A DNA stretch of 64,000 bases from positions 27,591 to 91,590 of the IMG/VR virus record IMGVR_UViG_3300032295_002791; one strand, 5' to 3'. The translations under genes and the position numbers were made by a program. This document shows positions 51,527 to 61,226 of this stretch, in pieces. Positions within the stretch are counted from its first letter, which is position 1. Each line of letters begins with the position of its first letter. This stretch comes from a virus (lineage: Duplodnaviria; Caudoviricetes). A model generated the notes under the pieces. It was given only the letters and a program-made list of their open reading frames with translations, did not search any database and was not told the origin of the DNA.

Positions 51527-52210
51527 ATGGTTAATGATTGGTACGGCAATACTGTTATAGTTACAGCAGTAACCGGTGGATATGATTACTTTATCGATAG
51601 TTTGAAAATCGATGGTGTTGATTATCTATATTTCACAGATGGGAATTCTCCATTTAATATTTCTTCACCATGGACTCCGATACTTCTTGGTGACGAAAAG
51701 TTAGATAATAGAAGAAGATCTAAAAGACCAAAATTAAACCCACATTCAATTCCAATGATAGCTGATAATTGGAAGTATATGATTTGGATTGATGGAGACA
51801 TGGGTATAACCAATCCAAATTTTGTGGAAGAAATAATTTCATATATGAATAATGGATTCGTTGTTTCTCCTCATTTTGACGGAAGACACTGTGGCTATGG
51901 AGAAGCAACAATCCGTCCACCAAAATACGCCAATGAACCGCTAGACGAACAGGTAGCCTTTTACCAATCAGAAGGGTTTCCTTATGAGTATGGTCTCTAT
52001 GAGTGTGGTGTTTCTGTAAGAGATTTAACTAATCCAAAAGTTAAAGAACTTGGGGAGCTTTGGCACAGACAGAATTTAGAATGGTCATATCAAGACCAAG
52101 TGAGTCTTCCTTACTGCCTGTGGAAGACTGGTTTTCAACCAGACGTATTGCCAACAACTTGGCGTTCAATGAATTGGATTTATTTATCAGCCCACAAAAA
52201 TCCTGACTGA
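51527..52210 (+). CDS. DUF616/TOD1-like glycosyltransferase
   Basis: TAVTGGYD, YFTD, PKLNPH, IWIDG, QDQVSLPY. Confidence 0.7.
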   Translation: MVNDWYGNTVIVTAVTGGYDYFIDSLKIDGVDYLYFTDGNSPFNISSPWTPILLGDEKLDNRRRSKRPKLNPHSIPMIADNWKYMIWIDGDMGITNPNFVEEIISYMNNGFVVSPHFDGRHCGYGEATIRPPKYANEPLDEQVAFYQSEGFPYEYGLYECGVSVRDLTNPKVKELGELWHRQNLEWSYQDQVSLPYCLWKTGFQPDVLPTTWRSMNWIYLSAHKNPD

Positions 52211-52272
52211 TATATTACAGTATGATATAATAAAAAGATAATAATTCACAATAAAAAAAGGAAAATATTAAA

Positions 52273-52890
52273 ATGAATAGAAAATTAGCTGAAAAACTAC
52301 CGAATTGGTTTTTAGAAACCGCAACACAAGAAAATTTTGCTAAACTGCTTAACGAGTTTAGTGGAAAGCCAAATTTACAATTTTTGGAAATAGGCTCATT
52401 TTGTGGCAATAGCGCTGCGTGGATGATGTCTAATATATTGACAGATCCTTCATCTAAACTTACGTGCGTTGATCCATGGAATGGCAATATAGCGCACGAG
52501 CAATTTAGTTTTGGAGACGTTGAAGCAGCGTTTGACGAACAGCTTAAACCATATGCAAATAAACTAACTAAGCATAAAATGTATAGTGAAGACTATCTTA
52601 TGAAAAATAGAAATAAACAATTTGATTTTATTTATATTGACGGTGACCATATGCCACAAGCATTTATGCTTGACGCCCTGCTTTCTTGGGAGTTGCTTAA
52701 GCCAGGTGGAATAATGGCGATAGATGATTACACATGGAGTCACCCACAGGGCGAAAGATATAATCCAAAACAAGCAATAGATATGTTTGTTGGTATGTAC
52801 TCAGAGCACTGTATTCTTCTTGAAAAGAACTGGCAAGTTTGGATTAAAAAAAATAACAACTACATTAGACCAGAACACATACATGAGTAA
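52273..52890 (+). CDS. class I SAM-dependent methyltransferase (Methyltransf_24-like)
   Basis: LEIGSFCG, VDPW, FDFIYIDGDH, LLKPGG...DDY; TGATATAAT at 52223-52231. Confidence 0.88.
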   Translation: MNRKLAEKLPNWFLETATQENFAKLLNEFSGKPNLQFLEIGSFCGNSAAWMMSNILTDPSSKLTCVDPWNGNIAHEQFSFGDVEAAFDEQLKPYANKLTKHKMYSEDYLMKNRNKQFDFIYIDGDHMPQAFMLDALLSWELLKPGGIMAIDDYTWSHPQGERYNPKQAIDMFVGMYSEHCILLEKNWQVWIKKNNNYIRPEHIHE

Positions 52891-53563
52891 GATGAAAAGT
52901 TTCATTATTACATTAATGAATAATGATTCTTCAATTAGACTATCTAACACATGCTTTGAGTCTCTTAAAACACACGGTTATGACCCAAATATATTTAAAG
53001 CTCATTGTGGAAAAGATTCTATTAGTTTTTTGGATTCTAAAAATATTAAGCCAATATTTGATGAATCCATGCCTCATTACCAGCTATATAAACATTGGTC
53101 ATCGGTACTAGGAACTATAGGATGTTTTGCATCGCATTTTGATTTATGGCTTACCGCTGTAAAACTTCAAGAGCCAATCATTATTTTGGAGCATGATGCA
53201 ATTGTGGTTAGACCTTGGGATGATCCTAATTGGAAAGATATACTTCACTTAGATTGGGAGGGATCCCTAAGAAGAAGACACATGAGAAATGCATTTGATC
53301 AATATAACCCCATAGTTAAAAATTCGGTATATAATATGGGGTTTAGGGCAGGGGAAGCTGCTTCTGTTGTTTCGATGAATTGCGCATACGCTTATGCGAT
53401 TACTCCAGAGGCAGCAGAAAAATTAATTCAAGACGTATTAAAGCGTGGTTTTTTTGCCGTAGATAGATTTATTAGAGAACCAATTGTCTCAATTGAAACA
53501 ATTCATCCAAAGATAGCAGAAGAACAGCCAGAAGCTCTTGAGATGTTTACCACTTCGACATAG
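52883..53563 (+). CDS. glycosyltransferase family 25-like
   Basis: GCFASHF.LW, IILEHDA, AYAITPEAAEKL; real start at 52883 (ATGAGTAA overlap), not 52787. Confidence 0.8.
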   Translation: MSKMKSFIITLMNNDSSIRLSNTCFESLKTHGYDPNIFKAHCGKDSISFLDSKNIKPIFDESMPHYQLYKHWSSVLGTIGCFASHFDLWLTAVKLQEPIIILEHDAIVVRPWDDPNWKDILHLDWEGSLRRRHMRNAFDQYNPIVKNSVYNMGFRAGEAASVVSMNCAYAYAITPEAAEKLIQDVLKRGFFAVDRFIREPIVSIETIHPKIAEEQPEALEMFTTST

Positions 53564-53584
53564 CGCTTATGCTATAATAAGCGT

Positions 53585-53648
53585 ACGGAAACCGACGCTC
53601 GATAGCGTAAAAGATCCCTGACTTTTAAATAAGTTGGGGATCTTTTTT
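53585..53648 (+). ncRNA. candidate small structured RNA (~64 nt)
   Basis: TGCTATAAT at 53570-53578, hairpins CGG-AAA-CCG and ACGCT-CGAT-AGCGT, then a terminator; no ORF. Confidence 0.4.
53609..53648 (+). terminator. intrinsic terminator (possibly bidirectional)
   Basis: AAAAGATCCCTGACTT-TTAAAT-AAGTTGGGGATCTTTT-TT; 16-bp stem with two G-U pairs. Confidence 0.8.
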
Positions 53649-53657
53649 GTTACCCCT

Positions 53658-53667
53658 TAGTTACTAT
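53658..53667 (+). promoter_or_regulatory. TAGTTACTAT putative late promoter
   Basis: Same 10-mer also at 61251-61260 (-) and 62780-62789 (+). Confidence 0.55.
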
Positions 53668-53696
53668 TAGGGATGTCTAACTGAAGGGGATGTCGG

Positions 53697-56600
53697 TTGA
53701 ATATATTAAATAGATTACGCTACGCTTTTACGCGCAAAGCCGCATGGATTTTTGTTCCTTTATTTTTGATAGGATCTTTTGTTCCGCCATTTGGATCTGC
53801 AACACCAGCACGTGCCTTATCCCCAGTTTTTGAAAACACTCCAGCAGCTGGCGTGGCACTTGGAAGCCTCGCAAGTCGAAGCCAATGTGGCACTCTAACA
53901 AGACAAGGCATCGGTCCATACACTATGAGTGGTACTGACGCTACCTCCAGTGACTCTTATTCCTATGTTACGGACAAGTACTATGTCCAACCCGCACAAA
54001 TGTATGAAAGCGGTGAAGCAGCAGCTAATCAACAATCGATGTACTTTACTACATCTCAAAACCAATCATATGCTAATCGTTCTGGTGTTATTCAGCTTTC
54101 TTCGTCTGGAAGCATTGGTCCATATCCAAACACTTGCAACAACCATGCAACATATGGTTCAGCATTTGGTCCGGAAGTATGGACAGAGCCGTTTCCTGCC
54201 ACAGCAAATCAATCAATTTCTTTTGACTGGGCTGCTGCTGGTGGGGGTGATGACTACGAAGCGTACGGATACTTGGTTAGGGTTTCGGCAAGTGGGAACA
54301 CATACGACTATGGCTCTAGTGCTACTTCAACTTTGGTTTCATATGGACGTGGACAAAACCAAGGTTGGGTTACGTCTAGTGGCACAGTTCCATCTACTGG
54401 CTATTACAGATTTAGGTTCGTCAATGGTTCTTATGACGCAACAGGTGGAAAAGCCCTTGGTGCTTCAATGTATATTGACTCAGCAATATCTGTAGCCAGT
54501 GCAAACACCATTACTTTTGCTCAGCCTTCTGACATAGTTACTTCTTCGTCAAACCAAACATTTGCTGTCTCGGCCACTGCCACTTCTGGGTTGTCGGTTA
54601 CTTTTACATCCAGCACTACGGGCAAGTGCACCGTTGGTTCGTCGACCGATAGTAGCGGAACCTCAACTGCAACAGTGACGGTGTTAGCTAGTCAAACGGG
54701 AACCTGCACTATCTCTGCAAATAGTTCTGCCAATAACTCATACGTAGCAGCAGCCACGGTAAGTCGATCATTTACTCTTCTTGCGGGGGCTACGGCTCCA
54801 ACAACATCTGGTGGAACATCAATGTCTGGAACTGTTGAATACGGAGAAACCCTGACTGCAGTCGATGGAACTTGGGGTGATGGTGGTTCTGCCGTAACTG
54901 CGACAACTTATCAGTGGCAATCATGTACGCCTTCTTCGTGTACGTGGGTTAATATATCTGGCGCAACATCTTCAACATACGTAATTGGTTCAGATGATGT
55001 TGCAAAACAAATACGAGTAGCGGTAACTAAGACCAATTCAATTGGGTCACTAACGGCAAACTCTTCTGCGTCAATTACAGTCCCTGCTCTAACATCTGCC
55101 ATTGTTACAAATCTTTCAGATACTTCTGATTCGGGTTCTTTGCGTTGGGCTATAACTACAGCAAACGCTTCAGCCACTATTAACACCATTACCTTTGCTT
55201 CAGGAAACACTGGAACAATCACTCTTACTTCTGACCTACCCGCAATTACTGAAGGCGTAACAATCACCGGCACGGGAATGACTACGACAATTATTGATGG
55301 CAACAATTTGTGGCGAGCAATTTACAACAATGGTTCAAGAACAATTGTTATCGAAGACATGACATTCAAACAAGGGAAAAATGTGTCATGGGACGGTGGG
55401 CTTATCTACAACGCTTCTGGAACGATGACGTTCAATCGTATAAAGATTTCCAATCATTCATCTTGGGCTTTCTACCAAGGCGGCGGTGGAGTAACCACAT
55501 TCAATGATTCCCAATTCAACAATAACGGCTATGCGATTACTTCTGACCACGGAAACACCCCGTCAGCCCTAAGCCTTACGGATACTGATTACTCAAACCG
55601 TATCTACATAAATAACTCAGTATTCACGTCAAACCAGTATGGTATTCGCACTGAACGATTCACGAAAGTCGTAAACAGCCAATTTACGAGCAACACCTAT
55701 GGTGCAATGCTCAACGGACTGAACCGCCAGCAAGTAATCAACTCAACATTTACTTCAAACGGTACTGGCGTGTACTTCTCTTCTTGGATTCCCACCTCTT
55801 GGACCCCTGGTGCTGGCAATCAAATGGTTTCAGGTAATACATTCAATGGAAACACGACTGCTATTCAATTTGCAAACAATTGGGATAACGGTTCTTCCGT
55901 GTACAACGGAGTAAGCGCAAACTCGTTCTCTACAGCCAGTGGGAACACATTTGGTGCTACTGCGCAAAATACAACCAATTTCTCTGGCTCTGGATATGTA
56001 GAATCCAACAACACAATCACTGCGGCGTATCTCAATCCAGTTACAAACTTAACGGCTGTTGCAAACGCAGACGGAAGTGTTGACCTTGATTGGGATGCAT
56101 CGGCGGCAAGTAACACTGCAATCTACGGTTACTCAGTTAGTTTCTATGACCTAACCGTAATTGGTGGAGCAACATCGGGTGGTTGGGGAGTGTGGACTAA
56201 TCAAGGAACTAACTACTCGTTAAGCACGGGAATGTTCTCTGGTAGTAATCCTGTCACGACTGGATATGGACCAGTTCGTTTCGGTATTAAAGCAGGAAAT
56301 CAAAGTTGCTTCTCTAACGCTGGCGTAGGTCCGTGCGTGTACGGTCCCGAAGTAACTGTTGATACAACGGTTATCGAACCAGCCTCAGCAACTACAAGCA
56401 CCACAACTACTATTGCAGGTCCAGTATACACCGACCCAGTAGATACTAACCCGGTATACACTGAGCCAATAAATACTGAGCCGGTGTATACAGAACCTAT
56501 AGATACAGACCCAGTTTATACGGAGCCAATAGACACCGAGCCCGTGTATACCGAACCTATAGATACTGATCCTGTCTATACGGAACCAATCGATACTGAG

Positions 56601-57758
56601 CCCGTATATACGGAGCCTATAGATACTGATCCAATAGAAACGACTGATTTCACCGATGAAGAAATAATTAATATTATAGATAGCATAGATACAACTTCAT
56701 CAGAAGAAGTCGCAGCAGTGTTAGATGATATTTTTACTTCTGATATATCTGCTGAACAGTTGACTGAAGTTTTCGATGCTGTATTTACTGCAGACGTAAA
56801 AGCAGAAGTCTTGGTGGCTGCACTTGATGCAGTGTTGTCAGCTGATATTTCGACAGAAGAATTTGCTGCGGTTCTCGATGCAGTATTCGATGAGCCATTA
56901 TCCGATGAACAGTTTACTGCAGTTATAGATTCAGTTATTACAGAAGATATTACTGACGAACAATTCGCTGAAGTTTTAAATGTTCTAGAATCAGATACAG
57001 TTTCAGAAGAGCAGGTAGCTGAGGCCGTAGATGCAGTACTTGAAAACGGAGTAACTGAAGACCAGGCAACCGATCTTGCAAGTAGTTCTAAAGTTCTCGA
57101 AAGCATCGATACCGCCCAAGCTGAAGCAGTGTTCGAAACTATCCCTGTTGGAGACCTAACCCAGGCCGAAGAGGCAGTCCTTGTTGCTGCAGTGACTGAT
57201 GCTCCTCAAGAAATTAAAGAAACCTTTGAAGAAACCATTGACATCTATGGTGAGGGCCTTGACGACTATGTTGCCGTGGGTTCCCAGGTCGACGTAGGAA
57301 GCCGTAGAACGCTTATAGCGGCCACTACAGCTGTTGCTGCTGTAGCTGGGGCTGCAGCCACTGGAGGAGCCACTGGAGGCTCTACAGGAGGCTCTGGTGG
57401 CAGTTCTGGAGGCGGATCTGGCAGCTCAAGTGCAGAGGGTCGCAGCAGGAGAGAAGAAGAGGGTGAAGAGCCAGCAGGAGAGATAGCTGGCTTGGACGAC
57501 GAAGACGATGAAGAGTACACAAGAAATAGCATATTTAATTATTACCTAGAGGAGGATACATGGAAGAGAAAAATAAGTTGGCTCGGACTAGTAAAGAAAT
57601 TTGTTAATGAGACAGCAGCACTATCATTCACTTTGGCTGGTAGCGTTGTCGTGTTCATAACATTGTCGGGCGACACAAGAAAGACAGCCATGATAGCAAC
57701 AGGTGTTGCCTTGGCCGTTCATTACATACATGTTCTTTTAAAGAACGACGAAAGTTAA
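53697..57758 (+). CDS. 1353-aa secreted, membrane-anchored surface protein (Ig-like, beta-helix, FN3-like, acidic stalk, two C-terminal TMs)
   Basis: Signal peptide ending PARA; TYQWQ.C..W.NISGATSSTY; DSGSLRWAI..AN; PVTNLTA..LDWDA; C-terminal hydrophobic pair. Confidence 0.75.
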   Translation: MNILNRLRYAFTRKAAWIFVPLFLIGSFVPPFGSATPARALSPVFENTPAAGVALGSLASRSQCGTLTRQGIGPYTMSGTDATSSDSYSYVTDKYYVQPAQMYESGEAAANQQSMYFTTSQNQSYANRSGVIQLSSSGSIGPYPNTCNNHATYGSAFGPEVWTEPFPATANQSISFDWAAAGGGDDYEAYGYLVRVSASGNTYDYGSSATSTLVSYGRGQNQGWVTSSGTVPSTGYYRFRFVNGSYDATGGKALGASMYIDSAISVASANTITFAQPSDIVTSSSNQTFAVSATATSGLSVTFTSSTTGKCTVGSSTDSSGTSTATVTVLASQTGTCTISANSSANNSYVAAATVSRSFTLLAGATAPTTSGGTSMSGTVEYGETLTAVDGTWGDGGSAVTATTYQWQSCTPSSCTWVNISGATSSTYVIGSDDVAKQIRVAVTKTNSIGSLTANSSASITVPALTSAIVTNLSDTSDSGSLRWAITTANASATINTITFASGNTGTITLTSDLPAITEGVTITGTGMTTTIIDGNNLWRAIYNNGSRTIVIEDMTFKQGKNVSWDGGLIYNASGTMTFNRIKISNHSSWAFYQGGGGVTTFNDSQFNNNGYAITSDHGNTPSALSLTDTDYSNRIYINNSVFTSNQYGIRTERFTKVVNSQFTSNTYGAMLNGLNRQQVINSTFTSNGTGVYFSSWIPTSWTPGAGNQMVSGNTFNGNTTAIQFANNWDNGSSVYNGVSANSFSTASGNTFGATAQNTTNFSGSGYVESNNTITAAYLNPVTNLTAVANADGSVDLDWDASAASNTAIYGYSVSFYDLTVIGGATSGGWGVWTNQGTNYSLSTGMFSGSNPVTTGYGPVRFGIKAGNQSCFSNAGVGPCVYGPEVTVDTTVIEPASATTSTTTTIAGPVYTDPVDTNPVYTEPINTEPVYTEPIDTDPVYTEPIDTEPVYTEPIDTDPVYTEPIDTEPVYTEPIDTDPIETTDFTDEEIINIIDSIDTTSSEEVAAVLDDIFTSDISAEQLTEVFDAVFTADVKAEVLVAALDAVLSADISTEEFAAVLDAVFDEPLSDEQFTAVIDSVITEDITDEQFAEVLNVLESDTVSEEQVAEAVDAVLENGVTEDQATDLASSSKVLESIDTAQAEAVFETIPVGDLTQAEEAVLVAAVTDAPQEIKETFEETIDIYGEGLDDYVAVGSQVDVGSRRTLIAATTAVAAVAGAAATGGATGGSTGGSGGSSGGGSGSSSAEGRSRREEEGEEPAGEIAGLDDEDDEEYTRNSIFNYYLEEDTWKRKISWLGLVKKFVNETAALSFTLAGSVVVFITLSGDTRKTAMIATGVALAVHYIHVLLKNDES
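56421..56630 (+). repeat. 7 x 30-bp coding tandem repeat (consensus PVYTEPIDT[DE])
   Basis: Units start at 56421 and every 30 bp after; differences are mostly synonymous. Confidence 0.92.
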
Positions 57759-57928
57759 TGAGTAGAATACTTTCTACCGTTAAGGATGAAAGAGTAGAAG
57801 AGATTAGATCCTCAGTTGAAAATTTTTTAGCTGAGGTATCTAAAACTCAAAGAGAACTATTCTCTTATCAAGAAGTAGAAGACATGCTCCTAGATATTTA
57901 TAATTTAGCTACAGGGAAAAAAGTCTAA
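57758..57928 (+). CDS. 56-aa hypothetical protein (not in ORF track)
   Basis: TAATG coupling; MSRILSTVKDERVEE...VEDMLLDIYNL. Confidence 0.6.
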   Translation: MSRILSTVKDERVEEIRSSVENFLAEVSKTQRELFSYQEVEDMLLDIYNLATGKKV

Positions 57929-58057
57929 AACGGAAAACCCCTTAGAAATTTTTTTCTACTTTTTACCCCGTATAGGAAAAATAAAAATAAAATTACATAT
58001 ACCATAATCTTTCAGTGTGATATAATTAGCTAGTCACCTGTAGACCATGGAGTATAT

Positions 58058-58642
58058 ATGCAGTACAGAGGAAATAGTTCTCAAGAAAAGTTTGTATTAG
58101 AAGTCCTAAAAGAAAAAAGAAATGGCTATTATGTTGAGCTTGGCGGATTTCACTCAACCCAAGGTTCTAACACATATTATTTAGAACAAGACTACGATTG
58201 GTCTGGTGTTACCTTCGAAATAGAAGAACACAGTAGAAATGAAATTAATGCCAATAGAAGAAACCCTTGCGAAGGGGATGCTTTAAAATTTGATTATATC
58301 AAATATTTTAAAGAAAACAATTTTCCGCAACAGATAGACTATTTGCAAGTTGATATAGATACTGGATATAACGAACACTGTAGGCCACAAGGCAATCATT
58401 ACACAACTTTGCATGGTCTAATTACTTTGCCACTTACTCAATATAGATTTAGTGTTATAACATTTGAACACGATGCCAATATGTATTTTAGAAATACGGC
58501 CTTGCGCGACGCTCAAAGAGAAATTCTTGACTCTTTAGGCTATTCCCTGGTTGTAAGAGAAATTCACGAGGATTGGTGGGTTGATCCAAATGTTGTTCCT
58601 TTAAGTGAATTTAGAAAACATTTAAGATGGGACACATTATAA
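58058..58642 (+). CDS. FkbM-like methyltransferase
   Basis: GYYVELG, SNTY.LE...W.G, IDYLQVDID, ITFEHD, EDWW; TGATATAAT at 58018-58026. Confidence 0.75.
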   Translation: MQYRGNSSQEKFVLEVLKEKRNGYYVELGGFHSTQGSNTYYLEQDYDWSGVTFEIEEHSRNEINANRRNPCEGDALKFDYIKYFKENNFPQQIDYLQVDIDTGYNEHCRPQGNHYTTLHGLITLPLTQYRFSVITFEHDANMYFRNTALRDAQREILDSLGYSLVVREIHEDWWVDPNVVPLSEFRKHLRWDTL

Positions 58643-58645
58643 ATA

Positions 58646-59215
58646 ATGTATCCAACAATTATATCTGAAGATCTTATTTCTAAAGAGGAATGCAATTTAG
58701 TAGTAGGTTACGCCAAAGACAGAGTTTTTGGACATACTCCACAGAATGCTAATTTGCCAGAAGATCCAATATTGGACAATAAGAGAATTCGTGCCTTACA
58801 CTTACATAGTGATTTTGAAGGTTTTTCTATACTTGAGGATTTTCAAGTTCGTTTAAACAATTTTGTAGAAGAAAAATTTTCAACAAAAATACTATCTGTA
58901 ACATCACACGTATTAATCAAGTATACAGAAAATCAATATATTGACGCCCATAGAGATTGGGAACCATTAGATCCTTATGTTATAGAAAACAATAAAAAAC
59001 AAGTTCACTTAAGTTCTGTAACTTATTTTAATGAAGATTTTATTGGAGGAGAAATATGCCTAAAAGAAAAAGACATATTCCACAATGATTTAATGAATTT
59101 GGCCCCAAAAACGGGAACAACAATATTTATTGATGGCGGCAAGTACCATGTGACTAAGCCTATTGTATCTGGAGCAAAATATAGTTATACAAAATTTTAT
59201 ACACTAGATGTATAA
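58646..59215 (+). CDS. 2OG-Fe(II) oxygenase
   Basis: HRD, YFNEDFIGGE, H...I.SG.KY. Confidence 0.8.
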   Translation: MYPTIISEDLISKEECNLVVGYAKDRVFGHTPQNANLPEDPILDNKRIRALHLHSDFEGFSILEDFQVRLNNFVEEKFSTKILSVTSHVLIKYTENQYIDAHRDWEPLDPYVIENNKKQVHLSSVTYFNEDFIGGEICLKEKDIFHNDLMNLAPKTGTTIFIDGGKYHVTKPIVSGAKYSYTKFYTLDV

Positions 59216-59243
59216 TCTTTTAGTTCGTGTGGTATAATTTAGT

Positions 59244-59843
59244 ATGCTTATTCCAGATGACATGATTGTCCACGTTGCAAAAATATTTAATGGTGAATAC
59301 AATATAGGTTACAATAACCCTAATCCAACTATATTAGACATTGGAGCTAATATTGGCGGATTTGCTAGATGGGCAAATTATAGATGGCCTAATTCAAAAA
59401 TTCACTGCTATGAACCTGTTAAAAATACTTTTGAAATTCTTAAAGCTAATACAGCTGACATAGCGAATGTAACGCCAAACAATGTCGCTATTGGCAAGAA
59501 AAAAGAAAAGAAGAAGATTTATTATGGAAAGAATAATATTGGAGAAGCTTCTTTAATTCGAGGTGAAGAACAGCGCGAAGAAGGGGAGACTATAGATGTT
59601 TTTCCTGGGTCAAAATTACCCAAAGCTGACATAGTCAAGATCGACACAGAAGGCTATGAAATTGAAATCTTAAATGCTATAACTTTTCAGCCAGATATCT
59701 ATTTAATAGAATATCACTCAGCTGACAATAGAAGATTTATAGATTCTCATTTATCCGATTATGTCTTAGTATCTTTAGATATGAGAAATTATAATTATGG
59801 TATTGCAAAGTACGCAAAGAAAAGTTTATTTGTTCAACAATAA
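59244..59843 (+). CDS. FkbM family methyltransferase (leaderless)
   Basis: ILDIGANIG, CYEP, KIDTEGYE, IEYH; TGGTATAAT at 59230-59238. Confidence 0.88.
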   Translation: MLIPDDMIVHVAKIFNGEYNIGYNNPNPTILDIGANIGGFARWANYRWPNSKIHCYEPVKNTFEILKANTADIANVTPNNVAIGKKKEKKKIYYGKNNIGEASLIRGEEQREEGETIDVFPGSKLPKADIVKIDTEGYEIEILNAITFQPDIYLIEYHSADNRRFIDSHLSDYVLVSLDMRNYNYGIAKYAKKSLFVQQ

Positions 59844-60476
59844 CTAACGAATCCAAATTCCTAAGCGTTCTAATTCTTCACCATTATCACTTATAAACCT
59901 ATAGCCGTCTCTTATTAAGTGCGTATTTGCAAATACTGTTTCTGGAGAATCATTACTTTCATCTTTCCAGACTGGAATAATTTCTGAATTCCCATACGCA
60001 AAATCGGGATTTTCGCGTAAATGTATTTCAATTAATTTTCCACCAATAAATTCGCAATTAATTGTTTTGTATCGCAATGGAATAAAACCAATAAAAGGTG
60101 GAAGCTGATAAACTTGTTCTGTTTTTCTCCAATGAGTAAATCTGGTATGCGGATGTTTTTCGTGCTTAGTTCCGATTACTGATAATACTGGTTTATAGCC
60201 AGCATAATCAATACTAATATGATCGCCGGTAAATATCTCACACCAAAATTCACCGGGGTGTAGATGATCGGTTGTTTTTTCAATATATTCAATTCGAGCG
60301 TTTTTACTCATTCCTTCAATATTGGTCACTGGCTTCACAAAATATTCACCGGGATAAGGAACCTCAACACCGCTTGGGCCACATAAATGGCCAGCGCGTC
60401 TAGCAACTATTAATTTATCAAATATCCAAAGATCTTCATCATTGCAATTATTCCAAGCACTAGATTCTACGGACAT
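59844..60476 (-). CDS. ATP-grasp-like protein
   Basis: DKL, YFVKP, EIFTGDHISID, INCEFIG.KLIEIHLR.N. Confidence 0.55.
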   Translation of the reverse strand: MSVESSAWNNCNDEDLWIFDKLIVARRAGHLCGPSGVEVPYPGEYFVKPVTNIEGMSKNARIEYIEKTTDHLHPGEFWCEIFTGDHISIDYAGYKPVLSVIGTKHEKHPHTRFTHWRKTEQVYQLPPFIGFIPLRYKTINCEFIGGKLIEIHLRENPDFAYGNSEIIPVWKDESNDSPETVFANTHLIRDGYRFISDNGEELERLGIWIR

Positions 60477-60484
60477 TTTAATAA

Positions 60485-60766
60485 CTATTCTTGATCGTCA
60501 GGAATTCCATTTCCGTTTTTATCTTCTTTATTGCCGCCAGTTGAAATCATTAATCCAGCTAGTGTTCCAGTAATAAATGTCGCAATGCTGGACAAAACAC
60601 TAAAAAACATTTTGTCATTTTCTGCTTGAGCACCAATTGGCTGTGTAACAAATACAAGAGCGTAAATAACTCCAATAGTTGTAAGGGTTAAAACGGTTGC
60701 CATAACGCAACCAACCACAAACTTAAGTCGAGCATCAAGTTCTGCTGGTGTTAAACGTTTTTTCAT
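60485..60766 (-). CDS. two-TM membrane protein (93 aa, holin-like)
   Basis: Start 60766 with AGGAG SD; two hydrophobic helices. Confidence 0.65.
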   Translation of the reverse strand: MKKRLTPAELDARLKFVVGCVMATVLTLTTIGVIYALVFVTQPIGAQAENDKMFFSVLSSIATFITGTLAGLMISTGGNKEDKNGNGIPDDQE

Positions 60767-60972
60767 GGTGCGACTATCTCCTGTGTTGTTGTTGTTTCGT
60801 TTGGATCGAATCCAAGTAAAGCTTCTGTGCAGTTTCCATCCACCATGCACAAGGGAGGATTGCACTCTGGTGCTTCCCAGTTTTTTGGGTCTTGACATGA
60901 ATACCTGTATCCTCCATCGTAACCACATGCGGATAAAAGAAATATTCCAGCAACTAAAGCTAGCTTCTTCAT
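60763..60972 (-). CDS. small lipoprotein
   Basis: MKKLALVAGIFLLSA-C lipobox; four further Cys. Confidence 0.75.
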   Translation of the reverse strand: MKKLALVAGIFLLSACGYDGGYRYSCQDPKNWEAPECNPPLCMVDGNCTEALLGFDPNETTTTQEIVAP

Positions 60973-61226
60973 TTTGCATCTGCAGCTTTTTTGACACTCT
61001 TGTCAACACCATTGAATACTTGATTAATCTCAGCTATAGATAATTTACCATCATCCAAAAATGCTCTAGACAAACCTTCAACAACTGTTGCTACACCAGC
61101 TATGCCAGCCATAAAGATAGCCTTCCAAAGAGGAACACCAGCAATGGTGCCGGCACCAATTACACCAAGTCCAGAAGCCGCAAAAGTAGCCACAATACGC
61201 ATAACTATATTCTTAATTTGTTCCAT
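60969..61226 (-). CDS. membrane protein (85 aa)
   Basis: GGAGG SD before ATG 61226; hydrophobic core; TAGTTACTAT motif upstream. Confidence 0.7.
   Translation of the reverse strand: MEQIKNIVMRIVATFAASGLGVIGAGTIAGVPLWKAIFMAGIAGVATVVEGLSRAFLDDGKLSIAEINQVFNGVDKSVKKAADAK

Noticed and set aside
52787-52890. Overlap of the methyltransferase and GT25 ORFs as another frameshift fusion
   Set aside because: Both enzymes are complete, GT25 starts at ATG 52883 overlapping the stop, and there is no CGGA
56421-56630. 30-bp repeats as a CRISPR array
   Set aside because: Contiguous in-frame units without spacers, varying at synonymous positions
56576-57532. Long antisense ORFs (e.g. 56576-57106, 57266-57532, 4440-4904, 46988-47263)
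   Set aside because: Shadows of biased-codon genes on the other strand, with no independent signals or motifs
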